Shown: positions 38,598-46,930 of the stretch, piece after piece | Layout: each line of letters starts with the position of its first letter | Position numbering within the stretch: the first letter of the stretch is position 1 | NCBI GenBank assembly: GCA_937922015.1 | Contig: CAKZVB010000034.1 | Coordinates: 7,775-71,774 of the forward strand | Length of the DNA stretch: 64,000 nt | Source of the DNA: an uncultured Granulosicoccaceae bacterium | GTDB taxonomy: Bacteria; Pseudomonadota; Gammaproteobacteria; Granulosicoccales; Granulosicoccaceae | Direction: 5' to 3' | Notes under the pieces: model-generated | Databases searched by the model: none | Seen by the model: only the letters and a program-made list of their open reading frames with translations | What the model was told of the DNA's origin: nothing | Made by a program: the position numbers and the translations under genes

Positions 38598-39210
38598 TTA
38601 TACCTATGATGTGGCTGTTGATAATGTATAACCGCGTACGGCCCCCCCGAAAGCAATTATTGCAACGCAGCATCCACCGGCCGGCACAATTGCTAACGGG
38701 TCCCGTTACTGCGGGACGCTGTATTTTTAAACCCTGCATCAATCAGTTAACTCTGCCAACCTTGTCATCCAGAGCATAAAAGACAGAGCCATTGTATCGA
38801 TTTTCTTTAACACGATAGAAATCCCCGACTTCGGTCGTTGCGGTGAGCCAATGGATAGCCGGACCGCTGACTCACCAGTGTAGCCGGTTTACTATTTTGT
38901 AAAATACCTACCCAGCGCACGAGACAGTGAAACATTATTAACTCTAAGCTTGTTTAGTGTTGATGCGAATAGCACAGTGCAGTTAAATTATCCTGCACCG
39001 GACCGACTAGCACATTGATTTCAAACGGTTAGTTTAACTATACCGGGACGCAAAACTGCTCTCTTTACACCCGTTTGTTCAAGATTATCCTATATTTTCG
39101 CCGCACTCCATTGCATTGAGGACAACCCTACTCAAAATAGCCGTGCGGAAGCCATTTTAACAATACACTCCTCACGCTACACTAGAACAAACTCAACGAG
39201 CATAAGCGTC

Positions 39211-40284
39211 ATGAAATATTCAGCGGATAGCCTGGAGACTGTAGCAAGATCCATTCTTGGCGGATTCGGCTGCGATGATAACGAATCATCTATAGTCGCA
39301 GACCACCTGATCAGAGCAAATCTGACTGGCCATGACTCTCACGGCATCGGCATGTTACCGATGTATGGTCAGCAGGTCGAGGATGGCAACCTGATCCCCA
39401 ATCAGACCCCGGAGTTTCTGCCCGCGGCCGGCGCCATTCGAATTGTCGATGCCAAACGCGGTTTCGGACACCGCATGGCGTTGCTTGCACTCGACCATGC
39501 GATGGAAGCTATCGGCGAACACAACGTCGCCGTACTGGGGTTGCGCAACTCCGGTCATGTCTCACGGGTTGGCAACTACTCCGAATACTGTGCACAGAAA
39601 GGCTTTATGTCGATTCATTTTGTCAACGTCTGGGGACACGCGCCGGTAGTGGCACCTTATGGCAGCAGGGATCCGGGTTTTTCAACCAACCCGATTAGCA
39701 TTGGTATCCCGGTAGGCGGAAAAGCCACACCTTTGCTCGACATGGCCACCAGTACAGTCGCTCTGGGCAAAGTGAGAGTGGCGCACAACAAAGGCGAAAA
39801 AGTTCCACACGGCTGGGTACTGGACGTCGACGGTAACAGCACTGATGACCCCACTCCGATATGGTCCCTTCGAGAAGGAGCATTAACCGCTTTTGGCGCT
39901 CACAAAGGCTCAGGACTTGGCATTTTTGTCGAACTATTAGCAGGTGCGCTGGCGGGTAACGAAACGGTTGCTACCGGTAATCATATTCCGCGGGGGGTGT
40001 TTAACAATATGTTCTCGATTATTGTCAACCCGCAAGGTTTCGATCAACAACAGGAGATAGAGGCGAGAGTCATGGAGTACTATAGTTCTATTAAAAAGGG
40101 TCGACCTGCCAATAATCAGGATGAAGTACTAATGCCCGGTGAACCGGAATTGAGAAACACCGCAGACAGAAAAACAAACGGTATTGATATTGATGATGAA
40201 ACGATTAGTCAGTTAATAAACACCGCAGATACCTTTAAAGTTGACGGCGGCACCATAAAAGCGACATTACAGACCCTCAACTGA
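39211..40284 (+). CDS. Ldh_2-family (malate/L-lactate/ureidoglycolate/sulfolactate dehydrogenase type 2) oxidoreductase
   Basis: 357 aa. LTGHDSHGIGMLPMY, NSGHVSRVGNY, DMATSTVALGKV and AFGAHKGSGLG are typical Ldh_2 family blocks. Confidence 0.8.
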   Translation: MKYSADSLETVARSILGGFGCDDNESSIVADHLIRANLTGHDSHGIGMLPMYGQQVEDGNLIPNQTPEFLPAAGAIRIVDAKRGFGHRMALLALDHAMEAIGEHNVAVLGLRNSGHVSRVGNYSEYCAQKGFMSIHFVNVWGHAPVVAPYGSRDPGFSTNPISIGIPVGGKATPLLDMATSTVALGKVRVAHNKGEKVPHGWVLDVDGNSTDDPTPIWSLREGALTAFGAHKGSGLGIFVELLAGALAGNETVATGNHIPRGVFNNMFSIIVNPQGFDQQQEIEARVMEYYSSIKKGRPANNQDEVLMPGEPELRNTADRKTNGIDIDDETISQLINTADTFKVDGGTIKATLQTLN

Positions 40285-40652
40285 AACACCAAAAAACACA
40301 GCGACGGGAATTTATCCCTGTAATTCACTAGCTTACAGTCTTTATCACTCACTTTCGCACCACAGCTAATTTCAGCACGGAAAGCATGTATGTCCAGCAG
40401 CACTTTTTGTAGGATAATACGATTTGGCGCGAAGTTGGCTCACAATATTATTAGCTAAGCGCATAAAACAGTCGGCGGATTTATCAGTTGGCAGACAACA
40501 CAAGATGATTCTTGAAGTTGCGCACGGATGATTCACATAAATAAACGCACGCACCAGAGTAAACACGCTTGAATTTTCACCCTTGCAACAACACCCTCCG
40601 TCCTGATCGCTAGCGCCAACTTTATGCCAACGCTCCAGACCGGATCAAACTC

Positions 40653-41594
40653 ATGACGACTATGCTAATAGCGTCAAGCGGTGGACACTTCACTCAGCTT
40701 GCTGAACTGTGGCCGCGCATTCAGGGCGTGAACCCGGAATGCGTCTGGGTGACCTTTGACTCTCCGCAAACTCGTTCAATGCTGCAGGGCCAACGTGTTG
40801 AATACGTGCCCTATATAAAACCCCGAGGCCTGGTTTCAGTTCTGAGAAATGTACCGCAGGCATTTAAACTGATCAGAAAATATAATGTCGACACAGTCAT
40901 AAGCACAGGCTCGGCGATTGCGCTGGCCTATCTGCCATACAGCGCAGTCAGAGGAATACCCACCCACTACATAGAATCGGCTACACGTGTTGAAGGCCCC
41001 TCTGTGACCGGCAAAGCACTAAGTCGCATGCCAGGAATCAAATTCTATAACCAACACGAGGTATGGGCAGACGAGCAATGGTCTTATCTCGGCTCGGTGT
41101 TCGATGGTTTCGAAACGGTAAAACTGGACAATCCGCCAAAAAAAATCCGCCGTGCAGTTGTGTCAGTCGGCACCATGGAAGACTATAGCTTCCGGGAATT
41201 CTTTGTGCGTCTGGCTACTTATCTCAAAGACGCTGATTCGGTGTTATGGCAAACAGGATCGACTGATGTCAGTGACCTGAATATAGACGGCAAAGAGGTT
41301 GTACCTGCCCACGAGCTTGAGCAGGCAATGCGAGAAGCCGATGTCGTTATTGCCCACGCCGGAACCGGCACGGCACTGACATCGCTCAGAATGGGTAAAA
41401 AACCCATTCTGGTGCCACGAGACAGTTCACACGGTCAGCATATAGACAACCACCAGTTCCAAACGGCAGCGCTACTGGACAAAATGGGCCTGGCACTCAG
41501 TCGCAAAGTAGAAAACCTCAACGAACAAAATCTCTACGAGGCCGCCTCGTACAAGATAGTGCGCAGTGACAAACCCCGACTATTGCACCTGTAG
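40653..41594 (+). CDS. Fused Alg14-like / Alg13-like (Glyco_tran_28_C) glycosyltransferase
   Basis: 313 aa. The N-terminal half has SSGGHFTQL (Alg14/PssD-like membrane-anchor module). The C-terminal half has VSVGT...HAGTGTALTSLRMGKKPILVPR...HQFQTA (Alg13/PssE-like catalytic module). Confidence 0.7.
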   Translation: MTTMLIASSGGHFTQLAELWPRIQGVNPECVWVTFDSPQTRSMLQGQRVEYVPYIKPRGLVSVLRNVPQAFKLIRKYNVDTVISTGSAIALAYLPYSAVRGIPTHYIESATRVEGPSVTGKALSRMPGIKFYNQHEVWADEQWSYLGSVFDGFETVKLDNPPKKIRRAVVSVGTMEDYSFREFFVRLATYLKDADSVLWQTGSTDVSDLNIDGKEVVPAHELEQAMREADVVIAHAGTGTALTSLRMGKKPILVPRDSSHGQHIDNHQFQTAALLDKMGLALSRKVENLNEQNLYEAASYKIVRSDKPRLLHL

Positions 41595-41693
41595 CTGCTT
41601 AAACCGCATTTCCAGTCACCAGTGAGTGATTGTGACCAGAGCCTGCCCGGGCTTGCCCGACCGTGACATCGGCAAGCCTATTGCACCGATCAC

Positions 41694-43082
41694 ATGTTAA
41701 AACTATCGGTAACATTGATGGCAAATCTGCCAGGTCTACTCACTACTATCTGCATCGGACTGACGTTGTCCGGTTCAGCTTATAGCGCCACAGAAGTTTC
41801 ACCCGAAGCAGAATTTAAACGTGCCCTGTCTATCATCGAGAAAACCCAGCTCGATATTTTCAGCGACATAACACCTGAAAATAAAACCGAAGTTATTCTT
41901 AGATTCAACACGCTAAGTGAGGCGGCGGCTGCAGAGCTTGAACCCTCAACGTCTGATTCAGGCGTCAGAATAGCCGAAAAACGCATCGAGTTAATGCGTT
42001 CCCTGATCTCTGAAACCATTGACACATACAACGATCAATACGCAAACTATATTTCGCCCGACGCACTAAGAAAATACAGCGAGCGCCGATCCGGCAGCTA
42101 CGAGGGCATTGGCCTTAAATTTCGAACCGTCACAGATAACTACCCGCTAGTGATCGGCCCTCTTGTCAACGGGCCACTGGAAAGTAGTGATTTACTACCC
42201 GGTGATAAACTCATTGAAGCCAATGGCCGGGACCTCAAAGGACTCAACAACCGCAACATCATTGAAATACTAAAAGGACCAGCTGACACTATAGTCCGGC
42301 TGAAAGTACAACGTGACAATGCAACCCATAGCGTTGTCGCTACACGCTCAGCGGTGGATTTACATTACGCCAGATCTGAAGTTATTGAAAATGATATCGG
42401 CTATATACAAATCAGTCGGTTTGGCGGCAAGACACATAAACGCGTTCTGGCCCTGCTAAACGAATTATTGAAAAAGAACGTAACCGGACTGATTCTGGAT
42501 TTGCGCAACAATCCCGGTGGCTCAACCCGTGCAGCGCGGGCTGTCGTTTCCATGTTCAGCAATGAGAAATACATCTATTGTGAAAGGAATAAAGCCGGGA
42601 CGATAAAACAGCTGCCAAGACACGGCGAGCACATCACCGATCTGCCACTTGCAGTATTGGTCAATGGCGACAGCATGTCTTCCTCGGAGATAGTTGCCGG
42701 CGCTCTGCAAGCCTACGAGCGCGGCATCATCATTGGCAGCCCCACCTTCGGTAAAGGGCTGGTACAAAGAGTGTTCAATCTAAAAGAACCATTAGGCGGT
42801 GCTATACGTACGACCATCGCGGTTTTTGGCACACCGGACCACCGGATTATACATAGTGCCGGTATTGTTCCGGATATTTACGTTGAAACAGCCGCAGATT
42901 TCATGTTCAAACGCACCGGCTCTTTAAACATCAAACAAAATGCCCGCAATTTTCAGCGCACGCTGCTTGAGGAAGGTGTTCGTAAAAAACATCCACACAA
43001 GGCAAAGGCTCTGATTGAGGCCCCTGACAGGCAGCTGCAAACTGCTATCGCAGAAATCAACAAGCTGAAGCGCAATCGATAG
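41694..43082 (+). CDS. S41-family C-terminal processing peptidase with PDZ domain
   Basis: 462 aa. Signal peptide, PDZ (GDKLIEANGRDLKGL), catalytic LDLRNNPGGS, and SSSEIVAGALQ...GSPTFGKG. Confidence 0.85.
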   Translation: MLKLSVTLMANLPGLLTTICIGLTLSGSAYSATEVSPEAEFKRALSIIEKTQLDIFSDITPENKTEVILRFNTLSEAAAAELEPSTSDSGVRIAEKRIELMRSLISETIDTYNDQYANYISPDALRKYSERRSGSYEGIGLKFRTVTDNYPLVIGPLVNGPLESSDLLPGDKLIEANGRDLKGLNNRNIIEILKGPADTIVRLKVQRDNATHSVVATRSAVDLHYARSEVIENDIGYIQISRFGGKTHKRVLALLNELLKKNVTGLILDLRNNPGGSTRAARAVVSMFSNEKYIYCERNKAGTIKQLPRHGEHITDLPLAVLVNGDSMSSSEIVAGALQAYERGIIIGSPTFGKGLVQRVFNLKEPLGGAIRTTIAVFGTPDHRIIHSAGIVPDIYVETAADFMFKRTGSLNIKQNARNFQRTLLEEGVRKKHPHKAKALIEAPDRQLQTAIAEINKLKRNR

Positions 43083-43248
43083 GCGTACACAAGTTCGCGA
43101 CAACACACTGTCAGTATGAGCACACCCCGGCAACACCAGACACCTCGAGTAGCCGATTCGCTGGAAATAAGAACGAGCATCCAGTAATCGAAATTTACCC
43201 CGACCACAAATTGCGATAGTCTTTTAAAAAATCGAGCGACAAACAAAA

Positions 43249-43581
43249 TTGAATCAGAAAAAAGACAATCCAGCACCTGAAGAACTGATAGTCAAACTCA
43301 ACAATGAGACAGCACCCATTGAGTGGAGCGAATTGACAAAACACTTCGCACGCGGTGTACTGATACACGTCGACACCGGTATGGACCTGGTTGGTGTCGC
43401 ACATACGATGGCTACCGATAACAAAGAACAAATCGAATCATGGCTGAAAGAGGGAACCATCAGGCGCGCCAGTGATGACGACGCACGGGACTGGACAAAA
43501 CGCGAACCGCTCTTTTGGTGCGTCGTTGCCGCACCCTGGATTTTAGTGCAGGAAAAACAAGACCCGGCCAGCCTCCACTGA
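43249..43581 (+). CDS. DUF2288-family small protein
   Basis: 110 aa. The W.EL...FARG.L..V...DLV.VA......D....W........R........W......F...VV.PWILVQE pattern is recalled from DUF2288. Confidence 0.6.
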   Translation: MNQKKDNPAPEELIVKLNNETAPIEWSELTKHFARGVLIHVDTGMDLVGVAHTMATDNKEQIESWLKEGTIRRASDDDARDWTKREPLFWCVVAAPWILVQEKQDPASLH

Positions 43582-43633
43582 GCAATAGAATCAATACGCC
43601 GACAGGCTGTCCACAGTAATCAGAGGAAATGTC

Positions 43634-44356
43634 GTGACTCAGGAAATACTTATAGGTCTGATCGGTGATCAACAAGCAGATGTCACGGCACATCGCGCAA
43701 TTCCTATCGCACTGCAAATCGCAGCACAAGCACTACAGCTTAACGTCGGTCACCAATGGCTTGAGACAACCGAAGTACAGGACAGACTCAGTGCCCCGGA
43801 TGCACCGGTATACAACGGGCTTTGGTGCGTACCCGCAAGCCCCTACCTTGACACGGGCGGCGCGTTATTCGCAATCAACAAGGGCCGCACACAAGGCATT
43901 CCGTTTTTAGGCACCTGCGGTGGCTATCAACACATGGTGTTAGAATTTGCACACAATGTACTCGGATTAACCCGGGCCGCCAACGCCGAAATCACACCAG
44001 ATGCAGAAATGCCCTTAATAGCACCGCTATCGTGCTCCATGGTAGAGGTGACAGATCAAATAGATTTTGAGCCGGCTTCATTGATTGCGCGCCACTATAA
44101 GGCCCGGTCAACAAACGAAAAATACCACTGCAACTTTGGTCTGAACAAGGATTTTGAAAATATCTTTGCCAACACCGATCTGCACATAAGCGGCGCAGAT
44201 AAGAATCAACAGCCCAGAGCCATAGAGCTCAAAGACCACCCGTTTTACATTGGCGTGGCCTTTCAGCCCGAACGCACAGCATTGGAAAATCTTCCACATC
44301 CTTTGATCAGCGCATTTTTACAGGCAGCTGCATCTCATCAACAACCTGACATTTGA
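43634..44356 (+). CDS. Stand-alone class-I glutamine amidotransferase resembling the C-terminal domain of CTP synthase
   Basis: 240 aa. Nucleophile elbow GTCGGYQHMVLEFAHNVLGL (TGC at 43916-43918) and C-terminal HPFYIGVAFQPE with the catalytic His/Glu context. GTG start. Confidence 0.75.
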   Translation: MTQEILIGLIGDQQADVTAHRAIPIALQIAAQALQLNVGHQWLETTEVQDRLSAPDAPVYNGLWCVPASPYLDTGGALFAINKGRTQGIPFLGTCGGYQHMVLEFAHNVLGLTRAANAEITPDAEMPLIAPLSCSMVEVTDQIDFEPASLIARHYKARSTNEKYHCNFGLNKDFENIFANTDLHISGADKNQQPRAIELKDHPFYIGVAFQPERTALENLPHPLISAFLQAAASHQQPDI

Positions 44357-44359
44357 CCC

Positions 44360-44941
44360 ATGGCCGAAAAAAAATTGAAACGCTGCAGCTGGTGCGAGAG
44401 CAGCGATATCGATATGCATTATCACGACACAGAGTGGGGTGTGCCGGTCTATGATGACCGTCTGTTGTTTGAGATGCTGATCCTTGAAGGGGCACAAGCT
44501 GGCGTTAGCTGGCATGTTGTTCTGCAAAAGAGAGCACACTATAAAAAGCTGTTTGCCAACTTTGACGCTAAAAAGTTATCGAAATTCAGCGATGCCAAAC
44601 TGGAAAAGGCCTTGCTGGATCCGGGTATTATCCGCAATCGGCTAAAAGTGTTTTCTGTCAGAACAAACGCGATAGCATTTTTAAAGGTACAAAAAGAATT
44701 TGGCAGCTTTTCCGATTACATCTGGCAATTTGTAGACGGCAAGCCAAGGGTAAATCGCAGACGCAGCATGAAAGAGGTACCCTCACAAACACCGGAAAGC
44801 GTTGCAATGAGCAAGGATTTAAAAAAACGCGGGTTTAAATTTATCGGCAGCACAATTTGCTACGCGTACATGCAGGGTATCGGCATGGTTAACGACCATC
44901 AGACAAGTTGCTTTCGATATAAAGAAACCATAGTCGATTAA
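44360..44941 (+). CDS. tag: DNA-3-methyladenine glycosylase I
   Basis: 193 aa. RCSWC...YHDTEWGVPVYDD..LFE.L.LEGAQAGLSW and the C-terminal CYAYMQGIGMVNDH... zinc-snap motifs. Confidence 0.92.
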   Translation: MAEKKLKRCSWCESSDIDMHYHDTEWGVPVYDDRLLFEMLILEGAQAGVSWHVVLQKRAHYKKLFANFDAKKLSKFSDAKLEKALLDPGIIRNRLKVFSVRTNAIAFLKVQKEFGSFSDYIWQFVDGKPRVNRRRSMKEVPSQTPESVAMSKDLKKRGFKFIGSTICYAYMQGIGMVNDHQTSCFRYKETIVD

Positions 44942-45029
44942 TTCACTACCGGAGTTAACAAGTAACTGCTAATAACTGCTGTAGCGACGGCGCTACCTGA
45001 AAAATCCTGACCCTGGGAGTGTCTCGACA

Positions 45030-45120
45030 GAACCTCTGCTACTGCGAACGCGCACTGACGGTGCGCCCAGGCCGGTGGTAATCATCGATCATTTTCGGGA
45101 CAATTGAATAACTATGCGCC
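45030..45120 (-). repeat. Intergenic hairpin-containing repeat, copy 1 (homologous to 52530..52602)
   Basis: A 37-nt core at 45030-45066 is 29/37 identical to 52530-52566, with the hairpin GCGCAC-tgacg-GTGCGC. It is followed by shared GATCATT and CTATGCGCC blocks. It lies ~70 nt 3' of a minus-strand stop codon. Confidence 0.55.
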
Positions 45121-45190
45121 TCAAATGATCGTAAAAGCGACCCGCCATGGCACGTTCTCGCTACGCAGACACTGCCTTTATCAAAGAAGA

Positions 45191-45604
45191 TCACTTCACC
45201 GGCGTTCGACAGTCTTTAAAGCTAATCTTGTTCTGTCGGACAGAGCCACCACTTAAAGCCAGCTTTTTGGCCTCATCCAGAAAAATCGCCGGATTAGCAT
45301 CGAGAGTATCAAAGAGAACCACTCCGATTGACAAGCTACTTTGGTTACGAGGACTCAGTGATTGCTGAAACGCAGAGCGCATTAGTCTGGCAATCTTCAT
45401 CGCCTCACGCTCAATAGTCGACGTCAACTGGATAAGGTAATGATCGTCCCCCAGATCCTTAAGTACATCCGGAGTTGAAAGTTCATTGGCAAGAGCAGAA
45501 ACCCAGTTTTCAGTTCTGACCCCGAAACGAAATTCATCCGCTATCACATTGTCGACAACCGCGTACAGCATTGCAGAATATTCTGTGGGGTAACTCTGGG
45601 TCAA
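45191..45604 (-). CDS. Small stand-alone degenerate GGDEF-like domain protein (hypothetical)
   Basis: 137 aa. The layout parallels a GGDEF domain: LGDDHYLIQL in place of RxGGDEFxxxL, then SLSIGVVLFD and FLDEAKKLALSGGSVRQNKISF in place of ADxALYxAKxxGRNxxxF. It lacks the GG(D/E)EF catalytic residues. Confidence 0.5.
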   Translation of the reverse strand: MTQSYPTEYSAMLYAVVDNVIADEFRFGVRTENWVSALANELSTPDVLKDLGDDHYLIQLTSTIEREAMKIARLMRSAFQQSLSPRNQSSLSIGVVLFDTLDANPAIFLDEAKKLALSGGSVRQNKISFKDCRTPVK

Positions 45605-45757
45605 GAAACTGCCTGCTTTTAACGATCGGCCATGCTACCGCTTCCCTACAGATTCTAATATCCGCCTGAATACTTATGTGCTCCACCTATTACCCATGAG
45701 ACGGCGACATGAGACGGCGACACGAGCCCCCTCAGCAAACGCCCACTTAAGATGGGG

Positions 45758-46393
45758 CTATTCAGTACCGTCGGCCTCGACCCCGACCTCTTTCGCCAGT
45801 GCTCGCAACTCAGACACGGATTTAGTTTTTGTTTTTTCAAGCATTCGGGATCGATGATGCTCAACTGTCCGATGACTGATTCCAAGCGTACGTGCCATCT
45901 CTTTACTTGAAGGAATTTCCCGGCCTGCGACCAACAAACGAAAGACATCGCGCTCACGCTCGGTCAGTCGTGCAAATCGGCTGCGAATTTTATCCTGCTG
46001 CAAACTGTGTGTACGAACCTTCAGATCCTGAGTAATTGCCTCGTCGATACGTTGCAATAGAACTTCGGGTAAAAATGGTTTTTCCAGAAAATCAATAGCC
46101 CCCGCCCTCAGCGCTTGTACTGACTCAGAAACGCCACCGTGACCGGTTATAAAAATAATGGGTATTTCTATCTCCAGCCTGATGAGTTCCCGCTGAAGCT
46201 CCAGCCCGGTCATGTCCGGCATGCTTAAATCAAGGATCAGGCAACCCGGCTCCTTGTCGTAGACCTCCAGAAACTCTCTTGCCGATTCAAAGGCCTGCAC
46301 ATCCAGACCATGTCGCTTAAGTGCCCGCGGCAGGGCTTTAAGGATCGCAGGATCATCATCAACGAGAAACACGACAGGCTTGTGCGTTAGCAT
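45758..46393 (-). CDS. FixJ/NarL(LuxR)-type two-component response regulator
   Basis: 211 aa. Receiver domain (VFLVDDDPAILK...ILDLSMPDMTG...K) plus a C-terminal LuxR HTH (LTERERDVFRLLVAGREIPSSKEMARTLGISHRTVEHHRSRMLEK). Confidence 0.9.
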   Translation of the reverse strand: MLTHKPVVFLVDDDPAILKALPRALKRHGLDVQAFESAREFLEVYDKEPGCLILDLSMPDMTGLELQRELIRLEIEIPIIFITGHGGVSESVQALRAGAIDFLEKPFLPEVLLQRIDEAITQDLKVRTHSLQQDKIRSRFARLTERERDVFRLLVAGREIPSSKEMARTLGISHRTVEHHRSRMLEKTKTKSVSELRALAKEVGVEADGTE

Positions 46394-46930
46394 CTTCTTA
46401 TTCCGCTGGCAAGTACACTGTTTACAACCATCTCATCGGCGCAAGGCATTAAATCTGGACAAACTAAATCTGCAATCACAGCACCTCCGGGTAGTTTATT
46501 AGATAAGTACTTCTGTACTGGAAAACCGCCTGACGCGATTAGCTAGAGTGCTTAACTACAACTACATATTCACTAACAACAAAAACAACTCTCACCTGCA
46601 GGCCATAGGGGTGAATCCAGTCCATGCGGAAATAAATATTCCAACACGACCTTACCCCATGCGCCTCGATTATGTCACAACTGAAATATAAGCCTACATC
46701 ACATACCGTCTGATTTGATGTCTCAAAGGCTTAAAACGTCTTTAAACAGGGGAGTCGAATCAAGCTGGCCGTCACCTGAGCTATTTATACTCAGTCTACT
46801 TCTACATTTTTTTATTCTGATAGCTCGGGCCGTAAGGCATAAAATTTGTCAAAACCAACGCATGATCCAACCATACCAATTTACTCCTCCAAGTGCACGT
46901 TGGTTTTTCGGGCAAGCGCCTGACCTTGTA

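Noticed and set aside
44354-44362. The GATase1 ORF (43634..44356) and tag (44360..44941) share a frame and are separated by TGA-CCC-ATG. I considered a second Sec read-through.
   Set aside because: Both are complete, unrelated, well-defined families. tag begins at its normal N-terminus (M..K.RCSWC) with its own ATG, and the GATase ends at a normal C-terminus. The shared frame is a 1-in-3 coincidence.
44985-45107. Plus-strand translations of the two repeat copies share L(L/V)RTRxDG, which suggested fragments of a degraded gene family (see also ORF 52374..52625).
   Set aside because: The shared nucleotide blocks are separated by a 13-nt length difference, so the frame is not preserved. The similarity is therefore at the DNA/RNA level, and neither translation resembles a known protein.
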